Origin: Eledone cirrhosa | Lineage: Eukaryota | NCBI GenBank assembly: GCA_964016885.1 | Contig: OZ024747.1 | Location: 14,570,001-14,634,000, forward strand | Direction: 5' to 3' | Length of the DNA stretch: 64,000 nucleotides | In this document: one piece after another, positions 30,311 to 43,204 of the stretch | How positions within the stretch are numbered: position 1 is the stretch's first letter | How the letters are laid out: the number at the start of each line of letters is the position of its first letter | The notes under the pieces: model-generated | What the model was told of the DNA's origin: nothing | Seen by the model: the letters and a program-made list of their open reading frames with translations, nothing else | Database searches by the model: none | Position numbers and translations under genes: made by a program

Positions 30311-30896
30311 AAATAATTTTCGCTCTACATGGCTGAATACAATGAATGTAATCTGAGTTTTTCGAATATTAATAATAATATTAGATTCGTTTGCAATTAT
30401 GCAAACAAGCCTAATTTTTAAAACCATATCAGTAGAATGAGCCCCTCATTCTTGCTCTTATGCTGGCATGTGAACAGAATTGCAGACACTAATGTTTCTG
30501 GGTATTACTCTTCATCAGTACAGTCCACTGTTCACCTAACAACTGTCAGAGCTAGTGAAAATATATATACTATTTTCGAAAATATACAGTGACTGATCGG
30601 CCTGATTTGCATATTAACAGACTCGCTGATCAATCATATCTGCATATTAGCAGATCTACTGATCAGCCAGATTTGCATATGGGCGGACTGGCCAGTCAAT
30701 TTCCTGTATACGAGCGATCAATGACCGGCTTTGACATATTCAAATAAAAAATTTTAATATTTGTTTACATGCCAACCCAAGAGCAATAATGAGGGGCTCA
30801 TTCTACTGACATGGCTTTAAAAATGAGGCTCGTTTGCATAATTGCAAACGAATCAAATATTATTATTTATATTCGTAAAACTCAGATTACATTTAG
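30311..30896 (-). mobile_element. Inverted-repeat + tail element with HHR (family W)
   Basis: Arms 30345-30476 and 30762-30893 are diverged reverse complements; ~35-nt tail on the left; (TA)n on both sides. Confidence 0.75.
30481..30522 (-). ncRNA. Type-I hammerhead ribozyme fold with degenerate stem II
   Basis: Minus strand: TGTA-CTGATGA-agagtaataccca-GAA-ACA ttag TGT-C-TGCA. GUC triplet, stem III ACA/TGT, stem I TGTA/TGCA. Confidence 0.7.
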
Positions 30897-31119
30897 ATAT
30901 ATATATATATATTGACAATGTACGAAGCAGAATTTTCGCGTTTTGACGCACTGAATATATATGTAATTATATAAGTATAAAGGACAATGGAACTGAGAAA
31001 GGGGCAGGGAGCCATGTCCCCCCCCCCCGCACCCACCCACACTGCAATTATATTTTCTTCCCAAACTACCACATCACACCTATTTGTATATGCGCTACAA
31101 TTTATGTACATGTTATGTA

Positions 31120-31345
31120 GATATGGAAGGGAGAGATAGATATAGATGCGAAGAGGGGGAGAGTTTTGTTGTAATTGAAATAGAGAGATGCAATTGAAGA
31201 GAGCTCCGTGTAGTAGATATAGAAAGGGGGAGAGTTTGGTGTTAATTGATATAGAGAGGGGGTTGGAAGAGAGTCCGGTGTAGTAGATATAGAGAGGGGT
31301 AGAGTTTGATGTTAATTGATATTGAGACGGGGATTGGAAGAGTTT
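31120..31345. repeat. ~68-bp purine-rich minisatellite, about 3 units
   Basis: TAGATATAGA..GGGGAGAGTTT..GTTAATTGATATAGAGAG..TTGGAAGAG repeated. Confidence 0.8.
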
Positions 31346-31379
31346 TTTTAGGGTGGGAAAGGCTTACTAAATTAACCCA

Positions 31380-31859
31380 TTACTTGTCTGGTACTTTATT
31401 TTATCCACTCCGGAACGAGGTAGGGCAAAGTTGACCTCGGCAAAATTTGAACTCAGAACGTAAAAAAAACGAGTAAAATAATATTTCTACTTTTGGCACA
31501 AGGCCAGCAATTACAACAGTGTATTACTGGTACTTTATTTTATCGACCCCGTAAGGATGAAAGGCAAAGTTAATCTCGACGGATTTGAAATCAGATGGTA
31601 AAGGGCCATAAATCTCTGCTGCAAGGCATGGTGTCTGATGCTCTAGCGATACAGCCAAACCACCGCGTAAAATAATTGTTTCTACTTTAGGCACAACGCC
31701 AGCAATTACCCAGTGCATTACTGGTACTTTATTTTATCAACCCCGTAAGGATAAAAGGCAAAGTCAACCTCGGCGGGATTTGAACTCAGACCGTACAGGG
31801 ACGTAACTATGCTGGAAACCATGGCGTCCGACCCTCCACCGATACTGCCAATCCACCGC
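31380..31859 (-). mobile_element. Three head-to-tail SINE-A copies (old partial 31380-31460; 31479-31665; 31671-31859)
   Basis: Consensus matches; GTAAAATAAT recurs at each junction (TSD-like). Confidence 0.85.
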
Positions 31860-31986
31860 GTAAAATAATGCTAAACATTTGTTCAACGCTATAACGATTT
31901 TGTCACTCCATCACCCTAATTAGAAACATCAACTGGGGCGTATGCTTTTATTGTCAGCACAACCCTCCGAAAGTATACACCCACAC

Positions 31987-32081
<95 letters not shown>

Positions 32082-32194
32082 CGTGTGTGTTTGTGTGTGT
32101 GCGAAATATTTCCGTAGAAAAGGTAAATGAAAGAAGCGTGCTCTATGTACAGAGTTATTCAATTACGTAATAAATAACATAATATTATTATATC

Positions 32195-32265
<71 letters not shown>

Positions 32266-32797
32266 CACATACATATACATATATATACACACATACATAT
32301 ATATAGACATACATATATATAAATAACATGTATATATGTATGTATGTATATATATATACATATATAATGAAAGAAAGAGAAGACGTTGTTTCAGTCTATG
32401 AAAAGGCTTTCAACGGTATTAATGAAACTAATTGACTGTACACTAGTATCGAAGTCGTTTCACTGAATTGGTTCACCGAAAGTTCTTTTGCAACCGCTAG
32501 ATTTATTAACACAATTAACTTAAAATCTCATCTCTTTTGTAACTCCATTATTTGTATCTGCCAATTTCCTTAGCGACAGTATTATCAATTATGAGTTAAA
32601 TATTTAAATGTACTGCATCTCACGTATTGAGATCAATATACCGCGTATGTATATTCTATCATATCAAATATTTCTCAACGTAACTGACTATATTTCACTC
32701 AAGGTAATTGCATTTTATTAAGATTATCGTCTACAGGGTCTTTGGATATTGATGAAAACGACTAATCTGATTTCATCCTATAATATGTTTATGTTTA

Positions 32798-32935
32798 GGC
32801 GGTGGATTGGTAGTTATTTTAGAGAGTCGGATAGAATGCTGTACAATATTCGTTCCGATATTCTGACTTCAAATCTCACCCATATCAACTTTACCTTTCA
32901 TTCTTTAGATGCCGATAAATAAAGTACCAGTGCTT
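32798..32935 (+). mobile_element. Older diverged SINE-A relative
   Basis: GGCGGTGGATTGG..TTCAAATCTCACC..CCTTTCATTC..GATAAATAAAGTACCAG. Confidence 0.6.
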
Positions 32936-34002
32936 GACTGGACTTGATTCTTTCTCCTCCCATTCTCTCTTTCACAATATTTCTCAGGAAAAAATCACCT
33001 GCCTTTAGACACACATATAATTCCATCTGGAGTTAAGGGCCATGAATGAATGGATGCACATTAATATGTGTATCCAAATAAATGAAACAAATTCGATAAT
33101 CTTTTTTACCATATTTATTTAGACTCTTCTTGAAAGAGTTACTAGATCTCTTAGAAATAGCAACCAATCTCTCCTAAAAACATTCAAATGTTTAGAACAA
33201 AGAAATTTATATTATATAATGTACTCATAGATGCACGCTTCCTGAAAAAAGTAGCTAGCAGGCTTTGATCATAGGTCAGTTCAAAGACCAACTTTCCTGC
33301 AGCGAATTCCCAACTCCTCTATATGTGAATATTATACTGAAGAAAACTGTAGACAGTTTCACGTTTTATTCAAAACAGATCGTTATTTGCACCTTCTTAT
33401 CTAAATCTTTTCTTTTTCTTTGTAATTTGATCCCATTCATTTCATTGATAATGTGTATTTAATTGGCCAACGTAGCATCGCTGTATGAATTAGGCCACAT
33501 TACGTGAAATAACTCATATTGTAATGGTTTATTTTCTAAATCCTGACATGTTAAAAGAACTTTGACTAGAATTTAAATAGGTCTTTTAGACAGAAATTCT
33601 TCCTATTTGCCATATAAAATTTTACAACACATAGAATTTATACTGAAATGTATCACAAACAGTAGGACACTGTTTCCATTTTTTGAAAATGGAGCACAAT
33701 TAAACATGAACATTTATAAAACACACAAAGTGGATACATCGCTTGAATAGTTCAATTGCTTTAGTTATGACCATAGTCACATCAAAAGTACTTTGTTAAT
33801 GTTTAAATCTAGTGTGCTACAATCTGTAAAGACTCGAACAAAATGGCTTGTAGTGATTAGTTAAGGCCTTTACGCTCTGAAGTAAAATACCACCGAGCTC
33901 AATTTTAACTTTTGACTTTCCGAGATCGATAAATACCAGGAAAATACTGTGTTCAATGTAATCAGCTGACACAACCCCTGTCAAATTGCTGACCTTATAC
34001 CT

Positions 34003-34620
34003 ATTTTAGAAAGGATAATTAACTACCCCCTTTTGACGTCAATCTAAATATCTAGAAGTCGTATTTCATGATTCTGATATTAATAAATTAAATAATTGTT
34101 TCTACTTTTGGCACTAGGCCAGCAATTATCCCAGTGTATTACTGGTACTTTATTTTATCGACCCCGTAAGGATGAAAGGCAACGTTAACCTCGGCGGGAT
34201 TTGAACTCAGATCATAAAGGGACGTAACTCTATGCTGCAAAGCATGGCGTCCGACCCTCTACCAATACTGCCAATCCACCGCCCTTTTTCTTTATTAACC
34301 ACAAGGGTTGACACAAAGCATAACATTAAGGTCTTTCGTCAAATCGGACTGAGGAAACAATGTTTCCATTAGTCTTGCCAGTTGCTAATACTATCTGCCG
34401 GTCGCAACTCCAGAGATTTTAACTCAGACGAGGTTAACTTTGCCTTTCTTCCTTACGGGGTCGATAAAATAAAGTACCAGTAATACACTTGGATAATTGC
34501 TGGCCTTGTGCCAAAAGTAGAAACAATTATTTTAATTTATTAATACCAGAATGATGAAATACGATGTCTAGATATTTGGATGGACCTCAAGAAGAGGTAG
34601 CTGATTATCCTTTCTAAAAT
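34003..34620. repeat. Inverted duplication (34003-34193 / 34429-34620) of a SINE-A 3' half plus ~90 bp of flank
   Basis: ATTTTAGAAAGGATAAT..TCTAGA.GTCGTATTTCAT..AATTGTTTCTAC is mirrored at 34530-34620; the left SINE is full length (34091-34283, -). Confidence 0.85.
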
Positions 34621-36358
34621 CGATACATTAAAATAATAATAAACTATATCAGCTGTAGTTTCTCTCTACCATTTCTAGTTTTGAACCTGTATTTAATCAA
34701 TGTAACTAAATAGCTAGCCTTTATTTTCTAGATTAAAATAGAAAGAAGTCATAGTTAATCTCACTGAAATTCGAATTAAGAAGATAAATGGACGTAGCTA
34801 AATACACAAATGATTATAGCATATAGCTTCTGATATTGCTAAATTCCATTAGTTAACAATGATTTCTAAATTATCTAGAAAAATAAATATTCTCGAGGGG
34901 TGTATATTTAATTAAAATTATTTTATTATTTGAGGATGGATTCTTTATCGAATCCTAAAAGCTGGAATGCAAAGTCGGCCTTGCCGAGATTAGAACACAC
35001 ACCGTAAAGGGAAATAATCTCTCCTTCAACTGACATAGTTATCTACAGTTCCATTAATAGAACCAGTTCTAGAGTACTTAATACATGTTATTGATTGTAG
35101 AAGGATAAATGTCAATGTTTACACCATCTGGGTTTAAACCCACCATAAAGTGATAGAATTGTTTCACAACCTGTCTTTCTTCACCCTATTGCCCCTTTAA
35201 CAAGGCTACCAATAGCAATGATAATATTTATGGGATTTCTATTTTAACATTTTAGTAGGTTTTACACCGAAACAATAGCATTGAAAACGTATCACTTTAA
35301 GCATCAATGATACTCTTTATATATTTCTTATACAATAGCATTTCATAGGTACTTTGGGTCCTTAATGTTTCCTTAAAGATGTTGATATTATTGAATTTAC
35401 GGGCAATCAAATAAAAATAGTGATCAACAATGTAAACTATTTCATTTGTATAACTACAAACTCACCAATTGACCAAGCTGTTGAGAATTTGATCATGTGT
35501 GAAGATATCAACAAATATCATACAATCAAATTACATGGATGACTGCTTTACAGAATTAGATTGTCATTCAGCTAAAGGCTGCATAACACTACTGTCTTGA
35601 CATTCCGCAATTTCTTAACCAAGCATCTGTTGAGGCCCGCCCCACTCCTTCTTGTTTTAAAGCAAATTAAACATTATGCATGGTTCAATAAGTTATCTCT
35701 TATCTCAAAAGCCTTTGTTTATTCCAAAATCACGCAAGATTTAATCCAAACTCAATCTTGAATAACATCTTGGCCACTTCGATTATTGGCTATGCCACTC
35801 ATTTTCATGGTCAGTAGTCAATAACTAACGTAAATTTTATAGAGCACATTCTTGGTAGTCTCCATTCTTCCGATTCACTTTGTTCTATAGCTATAAGCTT
35901 TCATTAATACATCACTGTCTTGCCTTTCAGACGGCTACCACAAAAATTAGCTCCTCCCTATGAAAATGCCAGCTGGGGAGAAGGTTGGGAGTGATGATGG
36001 AATAATTTATTACTAAATTGATTTATTTAATTTCCATTCTACAACTACGGTAGCTGTTGAATTTAGTTCTTTAGTGACGAGACGATAAATGATATTTTAA
36101 TAATGACTGTGGAAAATTGTATCTGGAATTGAGTAAACCAACTACATATCGAATGAAAATAAAATGAAAGCTGATGAATAGACAAATGAAAACATGTGTA
36201 TTGCCATTGTGTACAGTCTCCCAAATGAATATGCTTCAATCCCCCTCTCACTTTCTTACAAAGTTTGATATCAAAACCTGGTTTTCGATAAAACAAAGCA
36301 GTATGTCTTATATCCGTTACTATTTAAATTGGAATATGTTTTATTATTCAATTGACTA

Positions 36359-36560
36359 GGGTGTAGTATTGGCAGTATCGGTCGAACTTCGGACAACATG
36401 CTTCACAATATAGACATAGAGCCCTATACGTTCTGAGTTCAAATCTCGTCGAGCTTAGCTTTGCCTTTTATCCTTACGGGGTCGATAAAATAAAGTACCA
36501 ATAACGCACTGGGGTCGATTTAATCGACTTTCCCCTTCACAAAAGCAGAAACAATTATCC
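36359..36560 (+). mobile_element. Older SINE-A subfamily with GGGGTCGATTTAATCGAC 3' hairpin
   Basis: Consensus head and core, different 3' segment. Confidence 0.75.
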
Positions 36561-37015
36561 AATCGACGAGAAAGGAATTCTTTTTTATTGCAATCCATAC
36601 TTGTTTCGTAGTTGGCAAAATAAATACTGGCAGCGAATTAAGGCGTCGAATGATGTTCGAGCTCTCGGTGGTCTAAGATCAAATCCAACCAAAGCCAGTA
36701 TTGTCTTTTATCGTTTCAGGGTCTCTCTTTTTCTTTCCCTCTCTGGAGAAAAAGGGCTATTGAAGCTCGAGGGGATTGGCGTCACTAGGTTTTATGAATG
36801 AATATCATACAACGTTGTTAGATATCAGTAAATAAATACGAGATATACACTGTCAATATTCCAATCGACTCTACATCCCTTTCTCGAATTCGATCTTATG
36901 ACAGGAAAGCGAACTTCTTAATGAAGCAACCGCTGAGATAGGAAACGTATTGTGTAGGTGTTTTTGTGTTGATTATAATTTTATATTTTATTAATACAAT
37001 AATTATTATAGGACA

Positions 37016-37831
37016 CTAGCAGTGGTACCCGGCGTTGCACGGGATAAGGTATTTTGGAACGCGGGCCGTTAAAAGACCCAATCGTGGAAAAACTGCATGC
37101 CTGGACAATATGTAAAGAAATGTTTTTGTGCATAATGCCTTGAAATTTCCGGAAAATCGGCTAGAGGTAACGCCTCCGAAAAGCCCTAAAAAGCTGAAAA
37201 AATGAAGTTTTTCACCTAATGCGGGCCCTAGGCCATAAAAAAGTTGAATTTTTCTTTGCTCACGGTATGAAGAAGAGACTGACTAATGCATAATTACAAT
37301 TTCAAGGAAATCGGTTTGAGGTAACGCCTAAAAAAACCCCTCAAAAGCTTAAAAAACGCAGTTTTTCACCTAATGCGGGCCCTAAGAGATGAAAAAGTTG
37401 AATTTTTTATGTGTATAACACTCCCTGAATCATAAGTAATACACATGTAAAGTTTGAAAAAAATCGGTTGGGTACTTCACTAGTTTTAGGGATTCAAACT
37501 CACATACACACACACACAGACAGACATCATCAGGGAAGTGACGTAATGCAGACGGCCAGACATACAGACAGATATTATAAGGGCGCGACGTTATATGTAT
37601 GTATCTATTTAAAAAGAGAAAAACTAATAATTATAGAGATAGATCGCTAAATCGCCTAATGCGGTCTCTAGGGCATTGAAAATTTGAAATTGTTTTGCTC
37701 AGAACACTCCCTGAAACATAAATATTACATGTGCAAAGCTTGAAAACAGTCGGTTGGGTGGTTCTCGAGTTTTAGGGATTCAAACTCAGACACACACACA
37801 GACAGATATCCTCAGTTTTTTTATATATAGA
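37016..37831 (-). mobile_element. Non-autonomous Helitron
   Basis: Minus strand starts TC(TATATATAAAA) and ends with hairpin CCCGTGCAACGCCGGG, 8 nt, then CTAG, sitting between A and T; internal ~175-bp repeats (CACCTAATGCGGGCCCTA) and a (CA)/(CAGA) tract as in Lep1-type Helitrons. Confidence 0.8.
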
Positions 37832-37839
37832 TAGATAAG

Positions 37840-37970
37840 CATGGCTGTATAGTTAAGAAGTTGACTTCGCAATCACACCTTGTTTCGCAATCACACAGCA
37901 TGATACCTTATTTTCGCCTCACATTGTCAATGGAATTGGTAGACGGAAACGTTATACAGGCCCGTCGAAT
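37840..37970 (+). mobile_element. Decayed group-B SINE
   Basis: CATGGCTGTATAGTTAAGAAG head and TTGGTAGACGGAAAC..GCCCGTCG 3' part. Confidence 0.5.
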
Positions 37971-39330
37971 AGACTGTAACTCAATTGTACAGCCTTGCCA
38001 TGTCATTTTCACTCGAGAAATGGTTTGAGAATGCACGTGTGTGTCGCATACTCACCGACTTCACAAGCTAATTCAAACATTAGGTCGTTCATTTAATCAA
38101 ACAACTGAACGTTCATACATCATCATCATCGAAGAGACAATCCATTACAACAAACATAATTAGATAATAAAGGCAGTGAATGACAGAATCACACATTAAT
38201 ATTAAGTTGTGAATACAAAAATATTATGGTGTCATTACTGCAGAGATATAATAATTCTGAAACATGTCCAGAATACTAGCCGAAAATATTAAAAGAATAT
38301 TAGTCAGTGAGTTAATGATGCGTATTTTCTCATCGGGTCAGTATTTTTCATTATATTTTTGATGCTCACTACATTATGTATGTTAACAAAATCTTAGCAA
38401 TTATATTTTATACAAATATTGTTAATTAGTAATTAACATGAGTGCTTAATATTTTTTTTCTTATCTCACATTACTTAGTTACGTCGGATAGAATGTTTTG
38501 CAGTAGTTGTTCCGGGTCTCTCCGATTTGAGTTCCACTCACGCTGAGGACACTATTGTCTTTTATCCTTTTGTGGAAGAAATCGGCTGTGTTCAAATCTA
38601 GAGAGAGATGCGATCCGCAAGTTTTAAAACGTCACTAGGGCACCCCTAGGCATTCAACAGTATTTTGTGTCCGTCCGTCCGACCGTCCATCCATACATCC
38701 ATCCATCCATACATCCATCCATCCATACATACGTACATGTTTCCGAAGAAATATATGTGCTGTAAATTTTCCAATGGCCGAAATCCGTTAAGCATATCCA
38801 TAGAACGTAAGAGGTGATGAGGTTAAGCTTTGAGTTTTCTCTTTTTTCAACAAGTTTTGTTTGTTCGGGAACTTGCAAATTGCCAGCAAATTGCCAGGCA
38901 AATTGCCAGCAATTTAGGTGATGAGAAGAACTTTATATTATCGCCCCAGAGAGGATGAAAGCAAAGCTAACCTCAGTGGGATTTGAACTCAGAATGGTGA
39001 AATATAGTAATACTGATTTCTAATATTCTTGGTAATGCAATTTATTACAATGTTCCCCGTACATGATAGGGACTTTATTTTATCGACACCAGAAATATAT
39101 AAACTAATTTCGACCTCGATTCAACTTGAACTCAGAACATATGAACGTGTGGCGGAATAAAGAACATTTAACCCCTGTCACACGGCATGCTTTGGATAGT
39201 TTCAACCTGGCGCGGCCCATCTCTTTCCATGTCGGAACACCACCGATTTCTGCCAGTGAAAGAATGAGAAAAAGACAGAAAGAATGCGTGTATGTAAGAG
39301 AGAGAGAAAGCGTGAGAGAAAGCGAACGAG

Positions 39331-39401
<71 letters not shown>

Positions 39402-40907
39402 CAACTCAGTATTACACACGTATTTTATATATCAAACTCGAAACAATGAATTGAATAAGTTGAACTCGAGGGTATTTGAACAAGCACCGAAGTATTTTTA
39501 ATCCACCGCTCTAACATCTCTGCCAATTCACCATCTTGTATCGAAATAATATAAGTATAAAGAGATATAATGTAATAATAAACAGCTGAATATGTTCAGC
39601 ATTTTTTCTCTTATTCAATTTTAATATGTATTTATCAATATTTTTCATATAAACTTTCAAATAGCAAATCATCAACGAAACACGTACTTATTTACATTTT
39701 GCTTTCACCGAAAGGAATGTAGTTGGAAGATTTCTTACTGGCTAAATTGTTTACAGAATTTTATTTCGTCTGTTTAAGTCCAAAATTCAAGTCTCACCAT
39801 AGTTATCTTTATCTTTCTTCAATCCGGGTTCTATACAATAAAGTGTAGCAATAGGAAATAACATATAAACAAGTGTATAATATGCTATATGGTTTTTGCG
39901 TATTTAGGGTCTCTGCTCTTCTGTGTGAATAATTAATATTTGAAAATAATATAATATTCAAGAATAAAATAAGAAATACTTTTATATTAAAACGAAAACG
40001 TTATCTTAAAACATGTTAATGTAATTTATATTTTCCAAGGAAATGACAATGCTGTAACACGAGAGAAAAGTAAAATGGCTGGAAGGTATGGATTAAACAG
40101 TGGAAGTAGTTTACAGAATACATACAATGTTATACATATTCTCTCAGTTTGATCGGAAAGTATGTCGTTGAATGTTCTCAAGAAGCAATAATTGGATTCA
40201 AAATAAATATACATTTTTTTAAGCTTCTCTATATAATATCGGTAATATTTTCTGTTTCTGTACTGTCGAAAACAGTTGCGAGATTGTCAGTTATGAATAC
40301 CATGTTGGATACCATGTCAGCTCATAGATGTAGCAAAGCAACTATGATTCTTGTTACCCCTATCCAGCAGCTTACCCTCACAATCTTTTCTCTTATAATC
40401 ATTATCCCAAGAAGACACCAGCTGTCTTCTGTCAACAGAAAAAGAGAGCTTTTACAAAATATCGACTCCTGACCTATTACAATATTTTCCAATATCTCAA
40501 ACGTAATATAGAACGTAACAAATAATCACTTTCTATAAGACATCCACTCTTTAACTGTTTTGGTAGTCCTATATCTATTGTGTACTTCCAGCGTCACTTG
40601 TTACATACTAATAACTAAGAGCTCGAGATAATTCCGGCCAAGTTGGGACGAGGAGATTAGGGATATCAGCGAAACATCTGATTATGTTTGCCATTATGAA
40701 GATTTGGACTTCAATACTTTGAATCTCCTGTACAGGAAAAATGTTGACAGCATGCTCCTTCGTGGGATATGTCAGTGGTCCCAAATAGTACTCTAATGTA
40801 ACTCAATGTGGGGGTTGTCTCTCCAGCACGCTTCCGTATTTCAGCAAACAGTCCTCAGCGATATCTAATCAACATAATTAAAGCAATACGATATCATTTA
40901 TAAAAGT

Positions 40908-41092
40908 CGGTGAAATGGCAGTATCGTTAGAGGTTTGGAAGCCATGCTTTCTAGCGTAGTTACGTCCCTTTACGGTCTGAGTTCCAATCCCGTCGAGGTT
41001 AACTTTGCCTTTCATCCTTACGGGGTCGATAAAATAAAGTACCAGTAATGTACTGGGTAATTGCTGGCCTTGTGCCAAAAGTAGAAATAACT
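40908..41092 (+). mobile_element. SINE family A
   Basis: Matches consensus. Confidence 0.85.
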
Positions 41093-41427
41093 ATTTATAA
41101 CAGATCCTTAACTATCTGTAAATAGGCGTTATTCATATGCAGAAACCTAGTAAAATACCCAGTATATATGTATAATTTTACAAACTGAGACGATATCACA
41201 GCTTGCAATGAAGACATAACAGTATACTATCAATGAGCAACATCACAACATACACATTACAAACCACTTAAACACATACATACGTGCAAGATTCCTGCTT
41301 ATAAACGCCACAGATCTACAATTCTCCAGCTTTCTTCAAATGCGGTGTCTCACAAGTCTAGTTTTCCTATAATAGCGATCACGGGTTCATAATACAGCTA
41401 CGGCTTCCCAGTAAAAGGAAGCAACAG

Positions 41428-43168
41428 TTTTTCGACACGAAGCACGAAGGCTGCGTTGTCAGAAGCAAAATACGTGCTCTAGGAAACGAGGGGGCGACAG
41501 CTGTTAGCTGGGCCCGCGTGACAGAAGCCAAAAGTGGGATTAAATCCACTATCCGGTCTTTGAAGGACCAGGATGGACGGGTGATCCTTGAACCTGGACA
41601 GATGTGTGACGCCTTTCAAAGGCACTTTGCACGACTGTTCGGGAGGGGTGGGGTCCGGATGGGGATGGGGATTTCGGTCCATACCTCGACGGCCTACCGC
41701 GTCTTTCGAACGAGGAGGCGAAGTCCCGCGAAAGGCCGATTTCAGCTGCTGAAATAGGGGACGTACTGAGGCAATGCAGCAAACGTAAATCCCGGGTCTC
41801 GATGGTCTACCATACAAACTTTATGTAGCGATGCCGGACTTTTTCTCCCATCTCCTCGAGGCGGTCTACTGCAACTGGCAACAGAACGGGAGAATTCCCT
41901 GTTCTGTGACCAAGGGCGTAGTCTCGCTAGTGAGGAAGGACGAGAACAAGTGGGATGAAATAAGTAATTTCAGGCCCATAAATCTGCTAAATGCGGAGTT
42001 AAAGATTTTGGCCAAGGTGTTAGCAAAGAGGTTGGCGCTTGTCGTGGGCAACCTGGTGGGAGATGCGCAGACATGCGCTATCACGTCCAGGTCCATTCAC
42101 GACAACCTCCACCTTATGCGATAAGGTAATTCTCACCGGTCAACCGGTGTGGGCCCCATTTGTGAGGCGAGCCTTTCCGAGACTCGTCTCGCTTACCGAG
42201 CTGCAATCCTGGGTCAAGCAAAAACCGAGAAAACTGGGCTCCTGGCACACGGAGTGTGCTCAGGCGCTCACGGCTCTCTGGCAGGCGGACCCAGCTATCA
42301 GTGGAGACTCCACCTCGACATTCCATAGAGGGTTGATCAGCAGCAGTTGCGACGACACCACCGGAGTAGCCCTAGGCATGGGCGAGGAAGAACTGGCCAG
42401 CTTGTTCGGTAGGACATTTGGCCCGGGACCGATGGACAACTTCCAGAAGTCCCTGGCCTGGCAGTGCTACCGTGGGGCTCTGCCCGTTTGAGACAAGCTC
42501 TACAGACACGGGCGCCCACGTAGGGACCCTTTGAAAAAGATCTGTCCGAGATGCGTGCGCGGCAAGGAAACCGTAGCGCACGCATTGGTACACTGCCCGG
42601 GCGTTGCTGACTTGTGGGGCTATGTGGAACGACTGATGTCACGGGTGGGACCAATCCGGTTGACCACCGAGTCCATCGTTACGATCAAATCGCCTCCCTC
42701 CTTCTAAAAGGAAGGAGAGGCGGTCTTCCTCTGTGTAATAGCCATGGTGAAAGAGGTTGTATGGTGGACGCGTTTGAAAGAAATACGGTCGGACGCCTTT
42801 CTCTCCGGCCAACAACTGGTCCTTTTCTTCCGATATCATTTCGGAAGAAGGATCAGGATGGAGAGAGAGGTGCTCCACCCCAGCCAGTTTTATGAAAGGT
42901 GGGTGAAAGTGGCGAATATGGCCCGTGTGAATGGTCCTTCTCTCTACATCAGCCTGTAGATGGAAAGAATAGCAGAAGGGAGCACCCTCTATTTGTGCTC
43001 CCGAGGAGAAGGGTTGCACATTCTTTCGGGGGGTGTGCGACCAATTGAGGACTTCGATTGTTCTATTTTGTTTGTTATATTTTTGTGCTCGTTTTATTGT
43101 ATGTAAACTTCCCTCCCTTTGTATTTGTCCCAATCTTTTATGCCCTGGTGGCAAATAAATAGAAAGTT
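41428..43168 (+). pseudogene. Tx1-clade LINE copy A: 5'-truncated ORF2 remnant with ~0.9-kb internal deletion of the RT core; (CTAT)n tail
   Basis: Paralogous to 43635-46270; FRPINLLNAELKILAKVLAKRL..IHDNLHLMR joins directly to ..LTGQPVW at ~42122; CPRC..ETVAHALVHC zinc knuckle; frameshifts and stops; AATAAA then CTAT repeats. Confidence 0.9.
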
Positions 43169-43204
43169 ATCTATCTATCTATCTAACTATCTATCTGTCT
43201 GTCT

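Noticed and set aside
32378-32416. Minus-strand TTGAAAA..GAAACAACGTC as a U3-A8 hammerhead
   Set aside because: Stem I is absent and stem II is poor.
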